NCBI RefSeq assembly: GCF_009914755.1
Contig: NC_060936.1
Direction: 5' to 3' (one strand)
DNA: 64,000 nucleotides
Origin: the human T2T-CHM13v2.0 reference genome, Homo sapiens
A program made the position numbers and the translations under genes. This document shows positions 1 through 11,366 of this stretch, in pieces. Every line of letters begins with the position of its first letter. Within the stretch, counting starts at the first letter, position 1. The notes under the pieces are model-generated. The model ran no database searches, was not told the origin of the DNA, and worked only from the letters and a program-made list of their open reading frames with translations.

Positions 1-197
1 AACTTTAATTCTCTAAAAAGTTTTGCAAGCTGAAGGTTTTTGTTCTTCCACTTGTTGAATGCCTTGATTTAAAATTTCAATACTTGTTAATAAAATGTGA
101 CCAAAATTTAGAAAACTTGTTTACAAGAGTTGTACGCCACTTGGGTTGACTTGAAAGTAATTTATTTGAAGAATCAAACATTTCAATTAAAGCTTCA

Positions 198-557
198 TGA
201 TATGGTTTGGATTTCTTTTCCTGCCCAAATCTCATGTTGAATTGGAGGAGGGGACTGGTGGGAGGTCACTGGATCATGGGGGCAGGTTTCCTTCTTGCTG
301 TTCTCCTGGTAGTGAGTGAGTTCTCATGAGATCTGATCGTTTAAAAGCATGTGGCACCTCCCTCTTCTTTTTCTTTCCTGATTCATCATGGTAAGATGTG
401 CTTGCTTTCCCTTAGTCATCTGCCGTGATTGTAAGTTTCCTGAGGCCTTCTAGCCTCATGCTTCCTGTATAGCCTGTGGAACTGTGAGTCAATTAAACCT
501 CTTTTCTTCATAAATTACCCAGTATCAGGTATAGCAGTGTGAGAACAGACTAATAGA
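198..557 (+). mobile_element. MaLR solo LTR (MST family)
   Basis: Starts TGATATGGTTTGG and ends GAGAACAGACTAATAGA; perfect 5-bp TSD CTTCA at 193-197 and 558-562. Confidence 0.9.
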
Positions 558-779
558 CTTCAATTAAAGATTTATTCTTGATAGGTCCAAAACTTTGGCT
601 GATGGGGAAATGGGGCTGTCTAGAACGCCAGATACATGTTACAAGGGGAGGGAGGAAAGTAAGTGAGAGCATGTCTTATTCTTCTTCTGAACTGGTGAGG
701 CAGTCATCTTAGCTGTCCATAGTGCTATGGACCACTGGAAAACAGCCCCTTTCTTAATGTCTTGGCCATCAGGAATGGT

Positions 780-1270
780 CATCCATCTGGCAAACATTTG
801 CAGTTTGCCTACCACGTGTTAGATACAGCCTGGGGTGCTGGGGTTGCAGAGTCAAACTCTTAATCTTTTTTCAGAATGAACCTATGGCAGGTGAGAGGGG
901 AAAACAAACCATTTTACCAGCATATGATGGGCACTGTGATGGAGTTATAAATAGGGTCTTGTAGGAGCATAAAAGCAAGGGGCTGCAGACTGCTTGGATG
1001 AGACAAGCGAAGGCAGCTCCTGAGCTGAAGTTTGAAAACAAGTAGGCATTACTCAGACTGTCAAAAGGCAGGCATTGGGCAAAAAAGCAAGAGCATATAT
1101 GTAGTGTAGTGACTGAGGGTGCCTAGTGTATTTAGGGAAACCTTCAAGTAGCTCTGTATGCTGGAAGTTGAGTTTGTGTTGCAAGTGTGGAAGGTGAGAA
1201 ATTTGCCTAAAATCAACTGATCAGAGGCTGGTGAACACTACAGGGAAAGGATTGGTGACAATTTAGATAC
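780..1270 (-). mobile_element. L2 LINE fragment (degraded)
   Basis: L2 3'-end-like motifs (CAAACATTT...CCTACCACGTGTTAGATACAG, CCTGAGCTGAAGTTTGAA); boundaries approximate. Confidence 0.5.
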
Positions 1271-1296
1271 ATTTCTGAAACTTTTGAATTTCATAA

Positions 1297-1598
<302 letters not shown>

Positions 1599-3507
1599 TG
1601 ACAATCAATTTTATACCGACAACTCTGTTTACTTTTGTATAATCTTACTGATAGGTTAGAACATGGCTATCTCATTGTGATGACAGATTGCAGGAGACAG
1701 TTGCTCAAATGATAGTATCGGTCTATCTTGGTCAAGTGTCTTAGCTATATGAATTTATCATTTAACACTAACAATACAAATGTTCAGCTGGTAAATAGCT
1801 CAAAGATCGACAGGAAGGTGTCTAAAACTACAGGAGTGTCCAAGCAAGCAAGGTTTCACAGTGAGGGAGGAAGTGGAATGAAAAGGGGGAGATGGCAGAC
1901 TTGAAAAGAGCCCAAGAGTTTGGTTGTGGGCCAGTGAAGCATTTCAGTTTTCCGGATAGTTATGAAAACTGAAACTATGACTCCAAATGTGGGTTCAAAG
2001 GGAGGGTGGGATGCTGAAATATTGTTTTTGCTTTGTGTAGGCAGAGTTCCTGTCTCAAGAAGAGGTTTGGCAGTAACAAAGTTTAGCTATTCTGCTGGCC
2101 ATCACTCCGGAAAGTGTTCCCACGAAGTGGCTGACTTAAAAAGTAAGCTTGACTAAGTATCATATCACATGAGCAGCACTGGAAAGAGGCAGAGCTGAGG
2201 GAAAGAGGGAAGCTTCTGTGTAGACGTCGACTTTACTCTTTGACCACCATACCTTGCCTTTCAGTTTGTGGGTAGCTTAGGAAACCGAAGTCAGACAACA
2301 TAATTGGCTTTTGGGGGATAAGAATTGTGTCTTTCGGATGTTTCTCATAGTGCTTTACAGGATATACCCTCAAAAGAAGCTGAAAAAATTTTAAAAAGAA
2401 AGTCTGACACATTTCAATGCTGTGTTCAAGCCTTCTGTTTTCCAAAAGAGGCCATCAGGTATCACAGCAAATCACTTTTGTGGATTATAAAAGGAAGGTG
2501 ACTTGCAGCTCTAAAATCTTAAATTCTCTGCTCCATGTTCTGTGTTTTATAAATAAGCATAATTGGTATTCAGAAAAGAAATCTGCAATCTCAGCCTACT
2601 TCAGGATGTTGGTGAGTTGACTAAGCTGTAAAACTCCTTAAAAGTCAGGATGTTTGGGCAGAGGAGGGCAAAATGTCTAGACAGAACAGAAGGTTTAAAC
2701 TGCCCCTGGTGAAATTTAGTGGGAATTGACTTTAGCAGCTCTTCCTCCTGGGTGAATAGCTTGTGATTTGCGACTGTGAAGTGGTTGGACTGAAATGCTT
2801 TCTACTCTGAAGTTGTATGACTTTTTTTTTTCACATAGTGAATAGAGATATTGATGGAAAAGACATAACTATCAAGATAAAAGTGTGTTTTAAAATAATA
2901 CTTTTAAGTATTCGACTGTATTCCTTTGTCCTTATGCAAACTAAACCTTGAGAAACAAAGACTGGTAAGATCTTGTGGAGAGAAAGTCAAATATTCCAAT
3001 TCATTTGGCTTTGTTTGTGCCATATGTGTAAATAACTCCAACAAGATAGTCTGAGAAATAAGAGTTCATCTGGGAACATTCTTAGTCTTGTTATTAATGT
3101 TTTAAAATCCTTAGAACTCTTTTGCCAAATTCTGAGACTTAAAATGCAAAGATAAGGATGATTATTTTCAGAGCCAAGTGTGGAAATTATTCTTCTAGTA
3201 TCTCTCTGTGTTCATGCGGTGCTATTGACTCTGGCAAAATGGGATCTCATATCTCTTTACTAATGAGAACTCAAATCTTCCCTGGGGACTGGCAACTTTA
3301 AAGGCTCATTACTCATATGTTTGATGTTATCTTTTGCTGGCAAATAACTGACGCTAGAGTCTTGAACATTTGCCTTTTAGGTTTGCTGTTTGCCCAACAT
3401 TATGCTAATTCATCTGAAATGGAACTGTCAGCGGCTGCAGAATGTCTTTACCTTTCTTGAGAATTGAAGAAATTTATCTTCACTGGAAGCCTTAATACTA
3501 AGCACCC

Positions 3508-3531
3508 TTTTTTTTTTTTTTTTTTTTTTTT
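3508..3531. repeat. Poly-T tract (24 nt)
   Basis: Directly visible. Confidence 0.95.
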
Positions 3532-4076
3532 GGCGTTCTTGGTCTTTTCTTCCAGGAGGTGGCGATAGAACATCATAAATATCAAGGTACAAAATGCATG
3601 CGTTTTTGCCCCTCAAAGCCTCCCATTGTGGAGCTTATGACCAGCGTGAGTTACTATTCAAGATTTGAGCCTTGGGTGAGCTCTTTTATTGTAATATTTG
3701 ACTTCCAAGTCATATCTGAAGAGAGAGCAGAAGTACTTTCAACTCCACTGATCACTTGTTTTTCCACTTAGCTTCTCATTTTCTGAGTTTGTGCTGTTGA
3801 GTGCAGGAAATGTTAAATAGGTTGGCCTTCAGTTGAAAGATACTGAGATTTACTAGCGCTGTTGTAGATTGGGCTTTTGAACCTAGAATTATTGCTTTTG
3901 GTGTAAACCAACATGACTGCCATGCTGTTTCCTAGACATATGAGGATACTACAGGCTCTATTAGAGACTAATTTTTAAAATAGCCCCTGATATTCCTCAA
4001 CTCTTTATATTTAGCATTTTGTACACTATTCTCCAAGTTGGCATTTGGCAGCTTTTCCTCCTCTTAAGGCAAAGTT

Positions 4077-4099
4077 AAAAAAAAAAAAAAAAAAAAAAA
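4077..4099. repeat. Poly-A tract (23 nt)
   Basis: Directly visible. Confidence 0.95.
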
Positions 4100-4325
4100 G
4101 GGACATTTGCCAAGGAACAATTTCACCACAGGAGCTTGGCTGGGAAACGGGAATTTGGTATCTTGCTTGTGCACCTGCCAGTTGATTTCTGATTTCTGTA
4201 TTAGGGGAGAGAGAAAGTTATTCTGAGGTTTATCATCAACAGCTGCCTAATCTTAATAGGTTTAGCTATCTTTTAGAGTTATCTAATTTGAAAATATCTG
4301 CTGTTTGATTACCTTTAATATTTTC

Positions 4326-4481
4326 CTTTTTAAAAAATTATACTTTAAGTTCTGGGGTACATGTGCACAACGTGCTGGTTTGTTACATAGGTTTACATGT
4401 GCCATGTTGGTTTGTTGCACCCATAAACTCATCATTTACATTAGGTATTTCTCTTAATGCTATCCCTCCCCTGGGCCCCTG
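4326..4481 (-). mobile_element. Very short 5'-truncated L1PA (3' UTR end only)
   Basis: TTATACTTTAAGTTCTGGGGTACATGTGCAC... is the antisense L1PA 3' end; TSD AATATTTTC at 4317-4325 and 4482-4490. Confidence 0.9.
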
Positions 4482-5079
4482 AATATTTTCTTAAAACAAA
4501 AAGTTCCTGGTTTAGCAAGCAAAACTGGGATAGGTATGCAAAAGAGAATCCAATGGAGAGTTGAGCACAAGCAGCTAGAAGAAGAAAATGAATATACAGA
4601 GAAGGGAAGTTTGTAAAACTAAGGGTGGGAACTTTCTATAGGGCAGCACAGAATAGTTTTTTATTCACAGAAACTTTAACTATATTGCAGTACTTCGCAA
4701 TTGAAAAGTGGAAAAGATAAATGCTTCATTCTAGTGCAGTAGTTTTGTAAGGGTTCTTTTTCTAATATGAAGTTTTTTTTTAACATTAATGTCTTCTAAA
4801 GTACATCTAGGTGGTCAATAAGTGCTTATTTGATTCATTCCTAATACAAATATTTTTGAGCTCCTACTGTTCACTGGATCGAAATCCTAATAAGTTTGAG
4901 TATGCATTTGCTATCTCAAGACGTTTGCTTTCTAATAGGTGGAGATAGACAGTAAGCAATTATTGGTAAGTAATGCTTTCTAAAACATGTAGGTTTTTCA
5001 GATTTTGGTAATCACAGCATGAAAGAAAGTCATCAAGGCCAGTTCTATGCAAGGCTGCAAAGCTAGGAAAGTATCAAAA

Positions 5080-5275
5080 CAGCAGATCTCTGGCTTTAAA
5101 TTCTAGCTTATGATTCATTAACAGTGTGCCCGTGAGCAAATTGCTTAACCTCTCTCAACTTCAGTTTTTTCATGTAAAATGGTAATAATAGTACTTATTG
5201 GTGAGTCTGTTATGGGGATTTAATGAAATAATGTAAGAAAAGCATTCAGCATGGCACTCACTTGAGACTCAATAA
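5080..5275 (+). mobile_element. MIR SINE
   Basis: MIR core GCAAATTGCTTAACCTCTCT...CAGTTTTTTCATGTAAAATGG. Confidence 0.7.
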
Positions 5276-5513
5276 GTGGTAGCTACTGTGATCATTTCTG
5301 CTTGTCTTGCTTCAGCTGGTTTCCTTCCACTGCCAAGGGCTTGGTTCCTTGTGCTTGCTTGTTGCTGCCATTCTAGAGGAACACTCCTCCTGCCTCTTCA
5401 ACAATACATGCACGCTGTGATGCTTCCTTTAGGTCTGCCGTCTCCAGGGGAATGGGGTTCTATTTCTAGAACTTACTTCAGGCTCCTGATCTCTGCCTGA
5501 TCCAGTTAGATAA

Positions 5514-5852
<339 letters not shown>

Positions 5853-6218
5853 ACCTTCATCTTTTACCTTGTTGAAAGAGGGCTGCTGAGACAGCCTGTC
5901 AGTGTGCACCATCCTGCATTCTGGCTTTTCTTTCTGAGGAGCGCTGCCTGTGGTCCTTTAACAGTTGCATTTCTGCTTCCAATGGCCGGACAGCCCAGGT
6001 ATTCATCAAAAAGTGCTTATGAAGGGACTCTTCATTTCTAAATGTTGGGTGGACAGTGGTGGACAAAACAGACACTGGTGTCGCATTGAGCTTGGAGAAA
6101 AATGGAGACATAGACATTACACAGACAGACACACAGGGAAAAATATTTACAAATTTGGTAAGTACCACAAAGGAGGTGGTATGAGGAAGAACTAGGAGTC
6201 TGATTTAGATCAAGAAAG

Positions 6219-6681
6219 TGTATTAATTTTCTAGGGCTGCTGTAACAAAGTGCCACAAGCTGGGTGACTTTAACATCAGAAATTTATTGTCTCACAGCTG
6301 TGAAGAGTAGACATCTGAGATCAAGATTTTGGCAGGATTAGTTCCTTCTGAGGTCTGTGAGGAAGAATCTGTTCTATGCCTCCCTCCCAGCATCTGGGGG
6401 TTTGCTGGCAGCCTCTGGCGTTCCGTGGTTTTTGCTGCATCACCCCAACCTCTGCTTTCATCTTCACATTGTCTTCTCCTTGTGTGCATGTCTGACTTCA
6501 AATTTCCTCTTTTTATAAGGACTCCAGTCCTGCTGGACTAGAGGCCCACACTACTTCAGGAAGACCTCATCTAATTAGATCTGCAACAACCCTATTACCA
6601 AACAAGTTTACATTCTGAAGTAATGGGGATTAGGACTTTTAACACATGAATTTTTGTGGTTATGCAGTTCAACCCCCTACA
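6219..6681 (-). mobile_element. MaLR solo LTR (MLT1B/C-like)
   Basis: TGTATTAATTTTCTAGGGCTGCTGTAACAAAG...AGAAATTTATTGTCTCACAG...TTCAACCCCCTACA, typical antisense MLT1. Confidence 0.85.
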
Positions 6682-7334
6682 GTCAACAGGGAAGAGCTCT
6701 CCAAGGAAGAAAAGAAAGGCATTTTAGTGGTAGAAGTGTCTCTTGGGGCTCTACAGTCATTCGGTATAAACAGCTGTTGCTCAGCCCTGTGTGAAGTTGG
6801 CCTTGTCACGGTAGCTTAGGCTGGGAATGGAGACAGAAAAACTCACATGAATTGTGCTTGTATATCTTGTTACTCATATGATTCTACATTTGAAAGTGGA
6901 AATTCAGTCTCCCCCGCAAGAGATGGGGCAGGAGGCTTTTTTTACTTCTTGTTCTTTGACATTAATGTGATCACTCTAGTTTAGGCTTTTGGATCATAGG
7001 GCAGGGAATGAAAATTTGGATAGTGTGACAGATTTATGCAATCATCTGTCGTGTCAGAGTTGCATGGAAATTTTAGATACTGAAAAAGTATCATTTGTGT
7101 TTTCATCCATCCATCCATCCATCTATTGCTATATGTGGGCACTGTGGTAGCTAATGGCAATGCAATCAGGTGATAGAAAAAATATTTAACCACTCATGAT
7201 GTCAGGGCCAAAACCAATAACATCAGTAAACAATTGGTATGGCCACCCCAGGGCCAATCCACTAGCTACCAGCCATGTGTACAATACTTAATAACCAGCA
7301 ATTGTCCTAGGTCTCATGAAGCTGGCAGCTGGCT

Positions 7335-7940
7335 AATAGAAATAAGATGCATACACATGTGTAATTTAAAGGTTTTTTTTCCCTAGAGTATGGGGTCTCA
7401 TTTTGTTACCCAGGGGTGCAATGGTATAATCATGGCTTACTGAAATCTCAAATTTCTGGGCTCAAACAGTCCTCTCAGCTCAGCCTCCTGAGGAGCCAAG
7501 ACTACAGGTGTGCACCACCATGCCTTGCTATTTTTCAAAATTTTTTTTATAGCGATGGGATTTTACTATGTTGCCCAGGCTGGTCTTGAACTTCTGGCCT
7601 CAAGTGATCCTCCAGTATTGGCCTCTGAAGTGTTGAGATTACAGGCATGAGCCACTGCACCTGGCCAATTTAAAGTTTTTTAATAGCTATGTTAAAATGT
7701 AAGAAGAGACCACTGAAATTAATTTAACAATATATTTTATTTATCCCAATATATCTGTCATTTCAACATGCAATGAATATAAAAATTATTGATGCAATAT
7801 ACCACATTCTTTTTTAATACTAAGTCTTCAAAATCTGGTATGTATTCTAATGCATTTACAGCACATCTTAATGGACAAACCACATTTCCAGGGCTCAATA
7901 TTCACATGTGGCTGGTGGCTACCATATTGGACAGCACAGG
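7335..7940. mobile_element. hAT-Charlie DNA transposon (MER33/MER3-like), split by an Alu
   Basis: Ends CACATGTGGCTGGTGGCTACCATATTGGACAGCACAG; AT-rich body typical of MER33. Confidence 0.7.
7373..7666 (-). mobile_element. Alu SINE (AluJ-like)
   Basis: Diverged antisense Alu; TSD AATTTAAAG on both sides. Confidence 0.9.
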
Positions 7941-8434
7941 ACTAGAGGATAAATGGAGATCAGAGATCTAGCTCTCACTTTCTTAGAAAGAGAAGAGACC
8001 TACATAGAATAAATGTCCTTTGAGGGGCATTTGAAAGAGATGTAGTAGATGGATCATGGAGTGAGGGGAGTATATTAAAATATTAAATGAATGTATTTTT
8101 CATTTCCTTTTCCAACTTGAAATGTTTTCTTGCAGCCTTTCTGTCAGTGTGAGTCCCAGAAAAGTGGTGAGTATAAACAATGATTTGAGGAGAAGGAAAT
8201 AATTGGAGTCAAGGCCCTGACAAACAAGATAAAGAAATAAAACAAGATTCTTCTAATATGAAGGAGAAAAGGATAGATAGAAGGGAGGGAGTGAAAGAAG
8301 GAGGTGTCAGTGTCCTTGCTTTCTCCTATTCTCTTAGGGTTGAACCATGGTAAGAGGTGAGGTCTAGAAACACGTGTGTAAGCATGAGGGAATGTAATGA
8401 AATTGGTAGTAGTGGCCCACTTCCATAAACATAT

Positions 8435-8982
8435 TACAGGGTACCAGAATACACAACCCCAATATATGCCTCTTTGGCATATGAGTTATTTTGAACTAAA
8501 GCCATTGAGAACCGGCAGTTGTAAGGAGAACTCTAAAAACAAGGCACAAGTTTTCTTTTTGTAAAGGAAAAGTTACATTTATAAAGGAAGTTTCCATTTG
8601 TAAAAGGTGTCTCCCTCTATCATAGCAGAAAGAGTAGGATTCTTAACAACTCTTATCAGTGGAGAAGGTACATACTTAAATCTTTATAACAAACCTTACT
8701 AAAAAACCCTGGGTTACTATACTTTTCCTGGTTACCTTCCCATAACTTGACCACCCAGAAGCTCAAATTTCTTTCCTTTGTTTAGCCTAAGATGTTATAC
8801 AAGCCCAAGTTCTAACCATCCCTTGGGGTTATTTATCACTGGGTGCTCCCATGTGTACATGCATGTGTTAAACTTATGTTTGTTTTTCTCTTTTTAATAT
8901 TTTGCAAGACTAATTTATATGGCCCCAGCCAGAAAACCTAAGGTGGGTAAAGAAAAAAGGTTTTCTTCTTCTTTCCTCTACA
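8435..8982 (+). mobile_element. ERV1 solo LTR (MER34/MER39 group)
   Basis: CAGAATACACAACCCCAATATATGCCTCTTTGGCATA...TTATTTTGAACT near the start; ends TTCCTCTACA. Confidence 0.75.
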
Positions 8983-9336
8983 AGAGCCTGGGGAAGAATG
9001 CAAGCGTCTGCATTTAAAATGGCACCATATCTCAAACAGTGAAAGGGCAATGGGGTAGAATGGGATAGAGTGGGGTTCAGAGAGAGAGAGAGAGAAACAG
9101 AGATAACAGGAAAGAGAGATGAGCCTGAGGCTCTGGGCAACCACAACCTGCAGGATATCACAGAGCCCCTGAGTGCCCCAGTGAGAGGGTTTGGAGACAC
9201 TCAGAGGTTGGAGTACCATCAGGGGCTGGGGATTAGAAGAAATAAATGAAGAATTTGAGGACCTGTTAAATGGAAGCAAATGACTGGAATCATAGCCTGT
9301 AATAGCGGATGTCAGCTCAGTGTTCCTGAAGGCCAG

Positions 9337-10747
9337 TGTGATATTGTGATATAGAATATATATTTGGCTTTCACCCCCAGTTCCTGGCACAGAGCTCCTA
9401 AAATCCTGGTAATTTCCTGAATGATAGGTGTAATAATAGAAACATCTTTTGTTATAATATTTGGTCTTAGTCCCAGGTCCCTGACACCAAGCTTTGAAGA
9501 CCCTTGCAATCCCCACAGTGATGACTGTCTTTTGCATGGTAATGAGATGTTTTGTGGCTGGGGCCCCTAGAAAGCTGGGGACTGCTCACCATAAAGACCA
9601 AGGCATAATGAGAGGGCTGGAACTTTCAGCCCCACCCCCTGACTTTTGAAGAGGGGAGAGGGGCTGGAGATTAAGTCAATCACCAATGGTCAATGATTTA
9701 ATCAAGCATGCCCACATAATGAAATTTTCATAAAAACCCTAAATGACAGTGTTTGGAGAGCATTTAGGTTGATGAACACAGTGACGTGCTGGAAGGGTGG
9801 TGCACCCAGAGAGAACATGGAAGTTCCGCACTCCTTCCCACATACCTTGCCTAATGCAGTTCTTCCATGCGACTGTTCTTGAGTTGTATCGTTTAGAATA
9901 AGCCTGTGAATGTAAGCAGTGTTTTCCTGAGTTCTGTGAGTTTTGCTAGGAGCTGTGAAAAAAAGTTCTCTGAAAAAGGAATTTGGAGGAAAGAGACTTT
10001 TTTTTCAGCAAATAGTTTGCAAACTGGCAGAAGCAGCCTTTGGAGTAAAAGGAAGATACCTTCCAGAGAGCAAAGAGAGTGTTTGAGCTTTATAGCAAAA
10101 TTCCGGCCCAGGTTCCCAATTAGGTCTGTTCATACGAATGAAGGATTGAAACACGCTTAGTTCTGATTGGTTGGCACAGCTAAGTTCCGATTGGTCAATA
10201 CAGCTGAGCCCTGATTGGTTGACACAGCTGATATTTGATTGGTTGGCTTCCAAGCCCCACACTGGAAGTCTGTCAGATGTTTCTTTCAAACAGCCAGTAG
10301 GGGTGTATTGGGCCACAGTTTATCTTGGTACCAAAAACAGGAACTAGTTTGGCTTGATTTTAGAAAGGGAGGTCCTATGGTACTTTTACAATATCTTTCT
10401 GAGAACACGGAGTACCTGACTGCTCCCTCACGCTGCCATGCTGCCTGGTTCTGTTTTAACTTTGAGCACCTAAAAATGACCATTTGTCAAAATGGGAACC
10501 CCTGATTTATAGCCAGTTGGTCAGAAGCATGGGAGGTCTGAACTTCGGATTGGCATCTAAAATGAGGGTAGCCTTGTCGTGGGGCTGGGCCCTTAACCTA
10601 TGGAATCTGTTGCTAGCTCCAGGTACATAGTGTCATAATTGAATTGTAGGACACCTAGTTGGTATCCTGAGAGTTAGAGAATTGGTTAGTGTGAGACCTT
10701 CCTCCCCTCACCAATGTTTGGTGTTCTGTGGATAGAAACAGATCACA
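9337..10747 (+). mobile_element. MER21-family solo LTR, interrupted at about 9954-10489
   Basis: Starts TGTGATATTGTGATAT...CCAGTTCCTGGCACAGAGCTCCTAAAA; resumes GGGAACCCCTGATTTATAGCC; ends ATCACA. Confidence 0.85.
9954..10489 (-). mobile_element. ERV solo LTR (family unassigned) nested in MER21
   Basis: Minus strand shows a CCAAT array, then a TATAAA box (plus 10089-10094) and a terminal TTCACA; it interrupts the MER21 consensus. Right boundary uncertain. Confidence 0.75.
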
Positions 10748-10804
10748 GTAGCTAGAAGACACACAAGAGACCTGAATACATTGTAGAGGGCCAGGCAAAA
10801 CCAT

Positions 10805-11366
10805 TGCAGGGGAGGAAAAATTGCCTCCTTCTACCTTTCTAGGTTCTTGCTGGTGTAGAAATTAAATTGACATAGGATTAACAGAAGAAAACAATTTTAA
10901 TTATGTGCATGGGAGTCCCACAAAAGTATGATACCTAAAGAAGTTGTCAGATGATTAAGGTTTATGTGTCACCTGGAACTACAGAAAAGAATAGAGATTT
11001 GGGGTTGGGGGACAAGAGTGGAGGCAAATTACAGGAGGCTGGGAGGAAAGGCCAAATTAAGAGGAGATGGCCATGAAAAGCAGGTTAAACAAAAGTAAGA
11101 TTTGTTATGCCTTCACCATTGATTGAGTCTCGAGATTTAGTTGTCTTTTTCTTTCTGGTGCAGAGAGGGAAACACCATTACAAATGGAAGTTTTCTTTAT
11201 TGATGTAAATTTCTCTTAAAAAGGGTAACTTTTTAGACATTCTGTGTCTGCAGTTTCTCAGAATAACCAGCTCAAAATAATCAATATGCCAAAAAGGCAC
11301 ATTTTAGGGTGGCATATTCTGATCTCCCGCAGTCATATTTTGGTGTGGTGTGTCCTGAACCCATCA
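10805..11366 (-). mobile_element. ERV1 solo LTR (MER34 group)
   Basis: Antisense MER34-like 5' end (CAGCTCAAAATAATCAATATGCCAAAAAGGCACATTTTAGGGTGGCATATTCTG); TGCAGGGGAGGAAAA at the other end. Confidence 0.75.

Noticed and set aside
8938-9537. 199-aa minus-strand ORF, the longest non-L1 ORF
   Set aside because: It runs across MER21 LTR, spacer and MER34-like LTR sequence with no recognisable domain, so it is a chance frame.
10160-10246. Periodic repeat as a CRISPR-like array
   Set aside because: The units are contiguous with no unique spacers and lie inside a primate LTR.
8435-11366. Two MER34-like LTRs as the ends of one provirus
   Set aside because: They are inverted and dissimilar, with no internal gag/pol sequence or primer-binding site.
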